A stretch of 64,000 bases of DNA from Anaerolineales bacterium (GTDB lineage Bacteria > Chloroflexota > Anaerolineae > Anaerolineales > E44-bin32): contig SOIH01000164.1 of NCBI GenBank assembly GCA_004376895.1, forward strand, positions 817 to 64,816, given 5' to 3'. A program made the translations under genes and the position numbers. The notes under the pieces were generated by a model that was not told the DNA's origin, made no database searches, and saw only the letters and a program-made list of their open reading frames with translations. This document shows, one piece after another, positions 20,175-29,876 of this stretch (position 1 is its first letter; each line of letters starts with the position of its first letter).

Positions 20175-20720
20175 TCACCAGGACACCGGAATCTTCTTCT
20201 TGCTACCACTTCGATCACGTCGAAAAACATGGCCGTGATCACGACCATATCCCCATAAGCGGTACGTAACCCAAACATCCTGCTTGCAATACGCTAAGAC
20301 CTTGTCAATCTCGCCTTTCTTGTACCATTCAACCGCGGCAAGACCGTTAGCGGACTTGCTTTCCCCCAGCGTTGCTTCTGCAACGTGATCTAGGCCAACT
20401 CGAAATCCAAGTGTTAGCGAGATATCTGCAAGCATGTCAGCTGTCTTCTCCACCAGGGACCGATCGATAGAAAGTCCATAGGGCCGAAGAACTGTGTAGT
20501 CAAAGCGAATAATGTTGAAGCCAACGATTTTGGATGCAGATGCAAGTTCGTCTAGAAGAGAGCCTACATCATCCTCTTTGAACAATGACCAGTGGTCCTC
20601 TTCAACGTGGTAGGTCACTCCGGCTGCGAGGCCCATCCTATCGATATGGTTCCAGCCGCCGACTTCATCTGCAAGCCGCTTAGTCTCAAGATCGAATACT
20701 AGTGTTTTGAATGAGTTCAT
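20175..20720 (-). CDS. DEDDy-type 3'-5' exonuclease / RNase H-fold protein
   Basis: LVFDLETK (Exo I), VGFNIIRFDYTVL (Exo II), YCKQDV (Exo III, Yx3D). Confidence 0.6.
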   Translation of the reverse strand: MNSFKTLVFDLETKRLADEVGGWNHIDRMGLAAGVTYHVEEDHWSLFKEDDVGSLLDELASASKIVGFNIIRFDYTVLRPYGLSIDRSLVEKTADMLADISLTLGFRVGLDHVAEATLGESKSANGLAAVEWYKKGEIDKVLAYCKQDVWVTYRLWGYGRDHGHVFRRDRSGSKKKIPVSW

Positions 20721-20727
20721 TATTTTT

Positions 20728-21924
20728 CTATCCCTTGTGTTGTCGGCGACTGAGAAGAAAAACGATACCGAATACGCCGATCACGGACAAGCCGAGCAGA
20801 AGCCAGGGTAGGAGTGGCTGGGCGAAATCAAGCAGATTGGGATTTGAGAGTGTCGTCCATCTCCACTCGCTTTGGAGTTGAGAGATGGGGCGTTGATACA
20901 CTCGTTGAACGCCTCCTGCGCAGCTTGTTCCTTCCTGATAAGCATCAAGAAGAAGTGCAACACCGCCAACCCCATAAATGTCGAGCAAATATTGGGTGAA
21001 GGATGCGCTCTGCGCGTATGCCAGTAAGGCGTCCTCCTCTGAAATCGGGAAAGATGCACATAAGGAATGCATGGAAAGAAGCGCGTTCTCGCGGGAAGCA
21101 CGATCCAACTCGAAGATGTACACGGGATTAGGCACGCCTTCTTGGAGTGTGGCAAGTCCTTCGTTCAGCCATGTGGGAAGGTTGTGGTATTGATCGCCCA
21201 TGCGTTTGTAAAGAAGGATGTGAACCAGCTCATGGGGGATGTCACGTTCCAGAGAGATTTGGCCTTCAGCCCCATTTGACGCTGCTAAGAGTACGGCTCC
21301 CAATTCTGGATGCGAATGACCGCCGATCCATGTCGCACCACCCATGCGCATGCTTGATTGAAGCTGACCAACTGTGGGATAGATGTAAAGATTTACATGA
21401 TCCGGGGCTGGCAATGCGAGATCGTGTTGAATTCGTGTAATAGAATCATTTGCCAGGTTAAGGATATCCTGACCACGCGTCATATCTCCTTCTATCCAAT
21501 GCACTGTGATGTTGGTATCGCCAAGGGATTGCCAATCGAAACGATTATCCTCGTAGACAAAGAATGCAGGGTCCGTGAGATAGTTGTCGCCGTCTGCAAA
21601 GTCGATCTGCCACCAGTAAGTGATTGTTGTAAATGGTTCGATCCCAAGCGACTGAACATCTTCGGTTACTTCCGCCAAGATCATGGATCCTTCTGAAAGG
21701 ACAGCAATAGCGACGTGAGTAAATTCTGATGAACCCTCGCGGAAAAACACTGCCGCTCGTATGACTCTGCTTGGCCCTTGAATTTGCGCGCTGAAGTTGA
21801 TGGTTGAACCATACTTATACTCAACATGGGTCTCTACGCGGATCTCGCCCGCTTGGGCTGAAGCAGAGCCAAACGGAGAAAGAAGTAAACAAGCAACAAG
21901 CAGGATGGATGGCAGTTGTCTGAT
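20728..21924 (-). CDS. secreted/anchored MA-clan zinc metallopeptidase (HExxH); N-terminus extended to a non-canonical ATC
   Basis: HELVHILLY motif and a C-terminal TM anchor. The frame stays open upstream of the GTG at 21750 and encodes (I)RQLPSILLVACLLLSPFGSASAQA, a textbook Sec signal peptide, with no ATG/GTG/TTG available. Confidence 0.6.
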   Translation of the reverse strand: MRQLPSILLVACLLLSPFGSASAQAGEIRVETHVEYKYGSTINFSAQIQGPSRVIRAAVFFREGSSEFTHVAIAVLSEGSMILAEVTEDVQSLGIEPFTTITYWWQIDFADGDNYLTDPAFFVYEDNRFDWQSLGDTNITVHWIEGDMTRGQDILNLANDSITRIQHDLALPAPDHVNLYIYPTVGQLQSSMRMGGATWIGGHSHPELGAVLLAASNGAEGQISLERDIPHELVHILLYKRMGDQYHNLPTWLNEGLATLQEGVPNPVYIFELDRASRENALLSMHSLCASFPISEEDALLAYAQSASFTQYLLDIYGVGGVALLLDAYQEGTSCAGGVQRVYQRPISQLQSEWRWTTLSNPNLLDFAQPLLPWLLLGLSVIGVFGIVFLLSRRQHKG

Positions 21925-21926
21925 GG

Positions 21927-22838
21927 CTACACCCCGAGCAAATAAAGAAGCGGCGTTAATGTGATTGGGCTTAGCAAGGTTGATACAAGAATTGCGCCAG
22001 TGACGAAGTCAGGTTCTGAATCGAATTGGAGCGCAAGGATAGACGCAAGGACGGCAGTAGGCATGGCGGACTCGAGGACGCCCACTTGCCTGCCGACCAT
22101 GGGCATATTAAGTGCGCCTGCCATGAACCATGCGGCGAGTGGAGAGAGAACTAAACGAAGGGCGACCACTATTGATAGTAAACCGAGACGCTTTGGAGGG
22201 CCCGTTTTGCCGATCTGCATTCCCAGAACCAGCAGCATCATGGGGATCATTGCTGTTGCCAGAAGTTCGATCGGTCGGGAAATGGCTTGCGGGAGGCTAA
22301 TGTTGAGAGCGCGAAGAATGAGTGATAAAAGGATGGCATAAACGGCAGGCACCCTGGCCAGATTCTTTAACGCACGCAGCGGGTTCATTCTCCCAGCGCT
22401 GGCGATGTAAACACCCGCTGAGTTCGTCCATAAAGCGCTCGTAATGAAATAGATGCTTGCCCAGAGTAAGCCGGCTTCGCCCAATGCAAAGTGGTTAAGC
22501 GAAAGACCATAATTCCCTGAATTGATAAAAGATACGCTGAGTATGAAGGCGGATGCCAGTGCCTGGGGTAAGCGAAGAAGTTTTGATAGCGCCCAACTGA
22601 GCAAGAGCATGACGACGATCACGCCCGATGCGAGGATGACCATACTTACGATATCATCCTTGGGAATTTCTGTTTTGAGTACCAAATCAAAAACGAGGGC
22701 GGGTACGAGGATGTGAAAAATTGCAGCGGAGATAGGTCGGGGATCAAGGCTCGTTCTCCGCTGGAGTAGAAAGCCCGCTCCAGCGACAGCGATGATCGGG
22801 AAAATATTACTCGTAAAAAGGCTTAGGAATTCCCTCAA
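21927..22838 (-). CDS. AEC (auxin efflux carrier) family transporter
   Basis: 303 aa, about 10 TM helices, with the two-lobed organisation typical of AEC/malonate-type permeases. Confidence 0.75.
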   Translation of the reverse strand: MREFLSLFTSNIFPIIAVAGAGFLLQRRTSLDPRPISAAIFHILVPALVFDLVLKTEIPKDDIVSMVILASGVIVVMLLLSWALSKLLRLPQALASAFILSVSFINSGNYGLSLNHFALGEAGLLWASIYFITSALWTNSAGVYIASAGRMNPLRALKNLARVPAVYAILLSLILRALNISLPQAISRPIELLATAMIPMMLLVLGMQIGKTGPPKRLGLLSIVVALRLVLSPLAAWFMAGALNMPMVGRQVGVLESAMPTAVLASILALQFDSEPDFVTGAILVSTLLSPITLTPLLYLLGV

Positions 22839-23794
22839 TCCACGGCATCCTCTGCAGGGTCATCGAAGTCATAGATCAAGAGGTCAGGCGTGCCTTCGAG
22901 AAATGCCAGGTGCTCGAGGGCTTCATCAGCTTTCTTGACAGTCTCGGGATCTGGTGCTGAGGCCTGTATTTCTGATATGGCTGTTCTGGCTGCGTCGCTA
23001 CCAACCTGTCCCAAAGACCATATTGCGATGTGTACTACTTCGTCGCTGACGTCTTCGAGAAGCTCCACAAGAGGTTGTGTTGCATCGTGAAGCTCAAGTT
23101 CACCCGCGGCACGAGCTGCAACAGCGCGAATTTGCGGTGATGGGTGATGTAATTCTTCAAGAATTTCGGGCCTCCAAACTGGATTGGCTGATCTACCCAT
23201 AGCTAATAGGGCAGACTGTAATAATTCCTCATCTCCTGAGTGGTATGCATCGGCGATGATCGCTTGCGCATCTTCGCGCGACGAGAACCCGAGAGACTCT
23301 ATACAGGCGCGATGTAATGCAGGAGGGACGCTAGATTTTAATGTTAAGAGAAGATCTTCTACGATCTGGTTCGACTCCTCTAAGGATGAATCCTCAAGCT
23401 CAGCTATAAGGACGAAACGCCCAAGAGCATCCGCGGCAGCAATGCGTACTTCTATTGAATTATCTTCGTTTAAAGCAGCGCGGAATGGTGTTAGGAGAGA
23501 TGGATCTGTCGATTCCCATAGATTGCCAATCGCAATCTTTCTAACGTTCGGGTTGGGGTCGCCAAGCGCTAGGCGGTTGATGTTGTCGAATAAAAGCTCA
23601 ATATATTCATCGGCTTGCTGGCCGAGTGTCGCCAGCAACGTGCGGCGCCGAAGGGGAGATAGTGAATGCCAGCAACTCGAAAAACGATCGAGCTGAAGGG
23701 TGTCTAAATCAGAAAGCGCAGAGAGTTCTTCGATGGGCAGAAGCTGCTCTTCGTCCATCAAAAGTGAGAATAATTCGTCTAGTTCACGATCCAT
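22835..23794 (-). CDS. HEAT-repeat protein
   Basis: Acidic protein with repeated D..VR..A..ALG units (NPNVRKIAIGNLW, SIEVRIAAADALG, SPQIRAVAARAAG, SDEVVHIAIWSLG). 4-nt overlap with the downstream gene. Confidence 0.75.
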   Translation of the reverse strand: MDRELDELFSLLMDEEQLLPIEELSALSDLDTLQLDRFSSCWHSLSPLRRRTLLATLGQQADEYIELLFDNINRLALGDPNPNVRKIAIGNLWESTDPSLLTPFRAALNEDNSIEVRIAAADALGRFVLIAELEDSSLEESNQIVEDLLLTLKSSVPPALHRACIESLGFSSREDAQAIIADAYHSGDEELLQSALLAMGRSANPVWRPEILEELHHPSPQIRAVAARAAGELELHDATQPLVELLEDVSDEVVHIAIWSLGQVGSDAARTAISEIQASAPDPETVKKADEALEHLAFLEGTPDLLIYDFDDPAEDAVD

Positions 23795-23814
23795 AGGATG
23801 TCACATTAGGGTTG

Positions 23815-24870
23815 CTAAGGAAGAGATATTGGATTGATGAAATCCTGTAGGTTGATATAGACCATGAGAAAGATGAGGATGGCGAAGCCGATTGCGTGGG
23901 CGAATCCCTCTAATCGAGGAGATATACGGCGTCGAAAGATTACCTCGTAAAGGACAAACATCAATCGCCCGCCGTCAAGGGCAGGGAAAGGTAGCAGATT
24001 AGCTAGCGCCAGACCAATACTGATGACCCCGATCAAGTTCAAGGTGATGAAGGGTCGGTCAGATGCTTGATCGATCGTGCTTGCCCAGGCCAGCATATCA
24101 TGAATGCCCTTTAAACCGCTGAGACGGGCTTCCTCAGGTGACGCTTGCCCGCTTATTAGCCGTCCCGGGAGCTTGAGAAGCATGGTAATCTGGGTCTTGA
24201 CCGAATCCGCGCCCCACTTGGAGGCTTCAAGCCACCCCATCTGAGCAGTGGGGAAACTCAATGTCACACCGATGGGTCCCTGGTCTTCAGGGAATTCCAC
24301 ACGCGGGATCAAGGTTACTTCAACAATCTGCCCATCTCGATCAAGGACAATGCGAGTAGTTTCGCCGAGTTTTGCGTGGATGGCTTCCTGCATATCCCTG
24401 ATGCCATTGACGGGAACGTCATCAACGAATTCGACGATGTCGCCTGCTAATATCCCGGCAGAGTAGGAAGGTGTTCCTTCAAGGACTTCAGCGATGAGTA
24501 CACGGTTGACATCGGGAGCAGCAAATTTGAATGCCATGAGAAAGGCAAGGAAGCCTAAGAAGATATTCGCTGCAGGACCGGCGGAAAGGACGAGCGTGCG
24601 TGTCAGTTTACTCGATGAAGCGAGACCGCTCGGTATATCTGGGTTATCCTCACCAGCGAAACGGACAAAGCCGCCAAACGGGATCCAGTTTAGAGAGTAC
24701 TTAACCCCGCCAGCTTCGAATAAGGTTAGTATTCGAGGCGGGAAACCCAAACCAAACTCCTCGATTTTCACACCCCGCAATTTACCAACTAGAAAGTGGC
24801 CCAACTCGTGGCCAATTAGCAATACTGAGAGGACGATTATGAACAAAAAGAAATCTGACACGAATATCAC
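23815..24870 (-). CDS. M50 site-2 protease (RseP-like) with PDZ domain
   Basis: HELGHFLVGKLRG HExxH in TM1, a PDZ-like GILAGDIVEFVDDVPV, and the C-terminal NLLPFPALDGG motif. Confidence 0.9.
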   Translation of the reverse strand: MIFVSDFFLFIIVLSVLLIGHELGHFLVGKLRGVKIEEFGLGFPPRILTLFEAGGVKYSLNWIPFGGFVRFAGEDNPDIPSGLASSSKLTRTLVLSAGPAANIFLGFLAFLMAFKFAAPDVNRVLIAEVLEGTPSYSAGILAGDIVEFVDDVPVNGIRDMQEAIHAKLGETTRIVLDRDGQIVEVTLIPRVEFPEDQGPIGVTLSFPTAQMGWLEASKWGADSVKTQITMLLKLPGRLISGQASPEEARLSGLKGIHDMLAWASTIDQASDRPFITLNLIGVISIGLALANLLPFPALDGGRLMFVLYEVIFRRRISPRLEGFAHAIGFAILIFLMVYINLQDFINPISLP

Positions 24871-24897
24871 CTACGCCTTTATTTAGCTTCGATTATA

Positions 24898-25896
24898 TCA
24901 CTGGGGTGTTTGTTCGTTGTTAGCGGTAAGAGCCACACCATTACCTGGTGCGCAGCGGAAAACATCTAAAATACCATCGATTGAACGGAGCTGGCTCTCG
25001 ACTTCAAAGGAGTCGTCAGATGAGCAAATGCAATGAACGTTTGGTCCGGCATCAATGGTGTAACACACGTCAAGGCCATTCTCTCGCCAGCGGGTTACAT
25101 GCTTCATGATGTTGATTGACTCCGGCTCCAAGTAGAGAAGCGGTGGATCTGATGTCATCATCACGGAATGCATCAAGTTTGAGTCTAGCTCAACGATCCG
25201 AGCAAGAGATAGAAAGTCTTTTTGTAGAATCGCTTTCTTGCAGATTTCCAGACGGTGCGCTGCATCTTGCACCCGGACGGCTTGGATCGGACTTGTGGGC
25301 GCAAGGTGATGCCCTTCGGATGAGCCAGTCGATTTGTGCTCTTTTCTGACAACTGCGATGAGATCGATCAATTGCCAATGGTTTGCAGGCGCAAGCTGTT
25401 CGGCGTATCCATCCTCGTTAACATCTCCCGAGAATAATTGCACGAAACCGCCAAAGATGGAGCGAGCGGCAGAGCCAGAGCCGCGTCGGGCGAGGATTGA
25501 GAGCTGCTTCTTGTTTAGCTCCAGTCCGGCTGCCGCACTAGCTGCCGCAGTCAGTGCCGCGAAAGCTGAGGCTGAAGAGGCGATACCTGCACCGGCGGGG
25601 AAATTGCTTTGACTGCGTATGCTGGCGAAGGTAGGATTTCCTGATAGGGCGCGGATGAGATCCAAATGCAGCGTGACGCGGCTTGCAGCTTTTTCTGCGG
25701 CTGGGATGCCGTTGATTTCGATTTGATCCGACTCTAGGCGTTCATCGAAAATTACGGTTGTCTCCGTTTGGAGACTCGCAATCGTCATAGAGAGCGACGC
25801 ATTCGCTGGGAGGCGTAGAGCAGGATCACGGTTGCCCCAATACTTGATAAAGGCGATGTTAGGCGAAGCGATCGCTGTAGCACGGTTTTCGGGCAT
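24898..25896 (-). CDS. GHMP-kinase-fold mevalonate (di)phosphate decarboxylase
   Basis: ASPNIAFIKYWGNRD...LPANASLSMT, GAGIASSASAFAALT. Substrate (diphospho- versus phosphomevalonate) cannot be decided from sequence alone. Confidence 0.85.
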   Translation of the reverse strand: MPENRATAIASPNIAFIKYWGNRDPALRLPANASLSMTIASLQTETTVIFDERLESDQIEINGIPAAEKAASRVTLHLDLIRALSGNPTFASIRSQSNFPAGAGIASSASAFAALTAAASAAAGLELNKKQLSILARRGSGSAARSIFGGFVQLFSGDVNEDGYAEQLAPANHWQLIDLIAVVRKEHKSTGSSEGHHLAPTSPIQAVRVQDAAHRLEICKKAILQKDFLSLARIVELDSNLMHSVMMTSDPPLLYLEPESINIMKHVTRWRENGLDVCYTIDAGPNVHCICSSDDSFEVESQLRSIDGILDVFRCAPGNGVALTANNEQTPQ

Positions 25897-25958
25897 TGAT
25901 CCAGCCTTATAAGTGAAACATCACTTCGAATGGGCGAAAATGCCAAAGAAGTGTTGCT

Positions 25959-27056
25959 TCATGCTTCAACAACCAAAATGCGGGTCCCCCCCGGCATTGA
26001 AACAGTGACATCGCCGGGATCATAGTCGATTATGGGTGTTGTCCAGCGGAAGATCCATTGAGCATCCTGAGGGCGTGCGTTTACACAACCATGCGACATG
26101 GGGACACCGAAATTGTTATGCCAGAAGGTTGAATGGATTGCTACGCCATTGCCCACAAAGAGGGTTACCCAACCAATTCCTGGCAGGTCGTATCCGCCTC
26201 CTGTCGTTCCGCCGCTCATGTGGAGCGAGATCACTTTGCGCCAGATCTGGAAGCCTCCGATAGGCGTAGACCACTTATCGACTGGGTCACCGGAAGCGTT
26301 ATATTTAGCGCCGGAAGAAATTCTGCAGAAATAGATCTCCTGATTACCTTCAAAACAAGATAGTGTCTGATAGGTCAGGTTTATTACGATCCGTTTGTCT
26401 TCTACCTCAGGGTGGATTAGAGAGAGATCTTCGTCATTAAGCGGTTGAAATGCATGGGCATCAGCCCAGAAGATGTCACCATATCCGTAACGCTCACTGA
26501 TGCGGTAAAGGGGGTTGCTGCCCGAATAGTCAGTACGAATTTGGTCTACCCACAATATCTGGCTGTAAGATAGACGCGGTGTAAGGCTTTCTTTCAACCA
26601 AGGAGAACGGGCAGGGGGGTTGTCCAAGATGAGATCCACCCATGGGACAGTCACCTTAACCCACATCCCTTCGCCGAGGCCCGTAACGGGCAGGAGATCT
26701 ACAGGTTGATTAGGCTCATTTTGGACGGGCTGAACTGTTCCAGACCATAGATAGCCATCTGAGGTTTCCACCCAGCGTTGGTTAAAGCGGTATGGATGAT
26801 GCCCTACTACCTCGCGCAGCCAGGGAACAACGGCATCCTCATAAAGGGTTCCGATCACTTGGCTGCTTGAATCGGGTCGTATGTGAAGCTCGACCTTTGG
26901 TGATGTGACTCGACCAAGACGTTCTGCGCTTGGAAAATCCGGCACCGCGAGTCCTCGCAGGAATCGGCGGGAGGCGATACCACCCAATCCCATGACAGAC
27001 AATTTAAGAGCATCTCGACGGTTGATGCGTTCGACAAGTCGTGAAGAGAATTTCAT
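25959..27056 (-). CDS. L,D-transpeptidase (YkuD) family protein with Tat-like signal
   Basis: N-terminal RRDALKLSVMGLGG twin-arginine-like motif. C-terminal catalytic HGCVNARPQDAQWIF. Confidence 0.8.
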   Translation of the reverse strand: MKFSSRLVERINRRDALKLSVMGLGGIASRRFLRGLAVPDFPSAERLGRVTSPKVELHIRPDSSSQVIGTLYEDAVVPWLREVVGHHPYRFNQRWVETSDGYLWSGTVQPVQNEPNQPVDLLPVTGLGEGMWVKVTVPWVDLILDNPPARSPWLKESLTPRLSYSQILWVDQIRTDYSGSNPLYRISERYGYGDIFWADAHAFQPLNDEDLSLIHPEVEDKRIVINLTYQTLSCFEGNQEIYFCRISSGAKYNASGDPVDKWSTPIGGFQIWRKVISLHMSGGTTGGGYDLPGIGWVTLFVGNGVAIHSTFWHNNFGVPMSHGCVNARPQDAQWIFRWTTPIIDYDPGDVTVSMPGGTRILVVEA

Positions 27057-27255
27057 TTAACCAATATTATCTCGTATTACGTAAAAACTGGTGGGCTGGC
27101 TTAACGATAATCGCGAGCCACGATTCGATGAACGAATAAAGGACCTTGGCCGGATGTAAAGATAGGACCGAATAACAATTTTCCACGTTTAGGCAATATG
27201 GTCAAGGGTTGAAGACAGATAGTAGAATAGTGGACATGTATAGGATAACCTTTTG

Positions 27256-28296
27256 ATGCGATTAGTTTACGCTCACCCGTTAAAAATTTCCTTGCTTGGA
27301 ATTCTTATCCTGCTTGCTGCTTGTAGCGGGCCAGGAGTTAATGAGCAGGCTTCAGCAACACCAACTCTGGAACGCCTGATCATGCCGACGGCGTCGCCGA
27401 CTCCTGCGCCTGATAGGGTTTATCTAATTCGAGAGGTTGGAACAACGGAGAGGATGGCGACCAGAGTTGAAGATAGCATTACAGCGCTCTCGGCTGCTGC
27501 CGGGAATGAATTCATCGTTTTAACCGAACTCTCTGGCATTGATTTCGGGCAGAACGCAAAGGTTGTATTCTCCCTTCCACCTGATCCAGGACTAAGCGAC
27601 TTGGTGGCGCGATATCCGGCGGTGCAGTTTGTGGCAATCGGGATATATGGCTTAAGCGAAGCAGACAATTTAACGAGAATCGGTCCGGACGGTCTTGGAA
27701 CAGATCAAGTTGGATTCATCGCCGGTGTTCTCGCAGCAGCAGTCACCCCCGATTGGCGTGTAGGCGCTGTCTCTGTACAGAACTCAGGCGAAGAGACCGC
27801 AAGCAATCTAGCGTTTCAAAATGGGGCGATGTTCTATTGTGGACTATGCAGACCGGCCTACCCACCTTTTCATGCTTATCCGCTTGGCGTCGAGGCAACT
27901 ACATCTGAGATTTCAGCAGTTCAGAACGCAATTTCTGCACTAACTAACCTGAATGTGGATACGATCTTCTTATCGCCTGAATTAAGCGCAGCATCCGCGG
28001 AAATGCTCGAAGGTCCAGACGTGAGCTATATTGGTGGCGAGTCGCCCGGGGAGAATCTCGGGGAAAAATGGATCGCGACGGTACGGACCGCTCCTGAGCT
28101 CGCGATCGCAGACATCTGGGATCGCGTTAGGATGGGCGAGGGCGGTGGGACAGTGCCCATGCCGGTTATCATCGAAGATATCAATCCTGAGCGATTGACG
28201 TCTGGACGAGAAACGTGGGTGCTGGAGATACTGCAAGATCTGATCGATGGCTATATTGACACAGGAGTGGACCCCATAACAGGGATCGCTCGCTAA
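27256..28296 (+). CDS. lipoprotein, BMP/periplasmic-binding-like (tentative)
   Basis: Lipobox LLAACSG. GFIAGVLAAAVT and CGLCRP segments resemble BMP-family binding proteins. No adjacent ABC genes. Confidence 0.5.
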   Translation: MRLVYAHPLKISLLGILILLAACSGPGVNEQASATPTLERLIMPTASPTPAPDRVYLIREVGTTERMATRVEDSITALSAAAGNEFIVLTELSGIDFGQNAKVVFSLPPDPGLSDLVARYPAVQFVAIGIYGLSEADNLTRIGPDGLGTDQVGFIAGVLAAAVTPDWRVGAVSVQNSGEETASNLAFQNGAMFYCGLCRPAYPPFHAYPLGVEATTSEISAVQNAISALTNLNVDTIFLSPELSAASAEMLEGPDVSYIGGESPGENLGEKWIATVRTAPELAIADIWDRVRMGEGGGTVPMPVIIEDINPERLTSGRETWVLEILQDLIDGYIDTGVDPITGIAR

Positions 28297-28403
28297 TAGG
28301 AAAACGCCCTGGCGGGCGTTCTATGGTGGGTGATTGAAGGGTTTAGAACTCGCACCAATTCCACAAAAGGACAAGCGCAAACTTCGTTCAGTGCAAGTTT
28401 ATT

Positions 28404-28479
28404 TGGGGCGAGGGACGGGATTCGAACCCGCGACATCGCGCTCCACAGGCGCGCGTTCTGCCACTGAACTACCCTCGCC
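28404..28479 (-). tRNA. tRNA-His (anticodon GTG) with encoded G-1 and 3' CCA
   Basis: Minus strand: G-GCGAGGG-TAGTTCAGTGGCAGAAC-GCGCG-CTGTGGA-GCGCG-ATGTC-GCGGG-TTCGAAT-CCCGT-CCCTCGC-C-CCA. The cloverleaf folds by hand and G-1 pairs with C73. Confidence 0.9.
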
Positions 28480-28592
28480 ATGTTGTCCTGCATTTTCACA
28501 ATACGGTAATCTGCAATAGAGCAGCAGACCCCTGTTTATGCGAGCGTTATTCTAACACGAAGGTCTGCATCAAGCCACAGAGAATAGCTCAA

Positions 28593-29861
28593 TCAACCTG
28601 AAAGTTGGGCTTTTATCCGTGATCGAAGATCGCTGCGAGAAAAGGTCTCCTGCTCGCCAGAGACCATATTCTTTAGCGAAACCTTACCAGCTTCCATTTC
28701 ATCGGGACCAATAATTAAAACCAGTGGGATTTCATTACGATTCGCGTACTTAAGTTGTCGTTGAAGGCGTACGGGTTCTGGATACCATTCAACCCTATAG
28801 CCTGCTTCGCGCAACTCTGTCGCAATCTGAATAGAAACGCTCTCGCTGCTTTCTTCAAAAGACGTGATCAAGATATCCGCTGGGCTTACGCGGAGATCAG
28901 GTTTAACCCCATTTTCGTCCAGGACGAGTTCGAATACGATATCTCCCATCGCAAAGCCTGTCGCGGGGATCAGATCGCCACCTACTACCGAGACGAGATC
29001 GTCATAACGGCCTCCGCCGAGGATCGATCGATGATTGCCTTTAACGTCCCTGGCTTCGTAAACCATCCCGGTGTAGTAATCGAGTCCCCGGATTACGGTC
29101 GGGTCATAATCCAGATATTCTTCCGCTCCGAGCGCCTTGGCGGCCTTGAAGTATTGAAGCATATCCGGTGAAGATTTCCAGGCTTCAAGATCTTCGAGTA
29201 CATTAACGAGATCCTTAATTTGATCTTCGGTTAGTCCGCTTTCAAGCGCATAGGATTTCCACGACTCAGGTGTCATGCGATCTTGTCGATCAATAAGACG
29301 AAATGTTTTTGGTAGTAGGTCGCCCTGAATTCCGATGTTCTGGAGTTGTTTCTCTGCAAGGCGCCGGTTGTTAACTTTGATGCGGATCATATCCGGTGTC
29401 AGTCCGACATTTCGAAAGAGTGTCGCCGCTACAGCAACGAGTTCGGCATCCGCTTCAGGGGAATCTACGCCAATAAGGTCGATGTTCCACTGGAAGAATT
29501 CCCGGGATCGGCCTTTCTGCTTTCGCTCATATCGCCAAAAAGGTCCAAAGGACCACCAACGAAGAGGCAGCGTGAGGCCTTTACCGCGCTGCGCCACCAT
29601 ACGCGCAAGAGACGGCGTGAGTTCAGGACGGAGAGCGATCATCGAACCGCTTCGATCAGAAAATACATAGGACTGCTCTTTAACGAGCTCATCGCCGGAT
29701 TTAGCGGCATAGAGTTCCAAACGCTCTAGAAAAGGACCATCGAATTCCTGATAGCCAAATTGCTCGGATGCCTCTCGAATCTGGTTGTTGAGCCACTGGC
29801 GAAAAGCCATATCCTCCGGGTAGAAATCCCGCGTGCCTCGAACCGGCTGAATTATTGGCAT
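28593..29861 (-). CDS. hisS: histidine--tRNA ligase
   Basis: MPIIQPVRGTRDFYPEDM..., class II motifs (FRYERKQKGRSREFFQWNIDLIG, GGGRYDDL). SD GGAGG lies 5 nt upstream of the ATG. Confidence 0.95.
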   Translation of the reverse strand: MPIIQPVRGTRDFYPEDMAFRQWLNNQIREASEQFGYQEFDGPFLERLELYAAKSGDELVKEQSYVFSDRSGSMIALRPELTPSLARMVAQRGKGLTLPLRWWSFGPFWRYERKQKGRSREFFQWNIDLIGVDSPEADAELVAVAATLFRNVGLTPDMIRIKVNNRRLAEKQLQNIGIQGDLLPKTFRLIDRQDRMTPESWKSYALESGLTEDQIKDLVNVLEDLEAWKSSPDMLQYFKAAKALGAEEYLDYDPTVIRGLDYYTGMVYEARDVKGNHRSILGGGRYDDLVSVVGGDLIPATGFAMGDIVFELVLDENGVKPDLRVSPADILITSFEESSESVSIQIATELREAGYRVEWYPEPVRLQRQLKYANRNEIPLVLIIGPDEMEAGKVSLKNMVSGEQETFSRSDLRSRIKAQLSG

Positions 29862-29876
29862 TTATGCCTCCATCAT

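Noticed and set aside
28293-28519. ORF-track entries 28293..28499 (-) and 28334..28519 (+).
   Set aside because: Both lie across the tRNA-His gene and a terminator-like hairpin. Their sequences (for example VRIPSLAP, GFEPATSRS) are the usual translations of tRNA T-arm DNA, so they are spurious.
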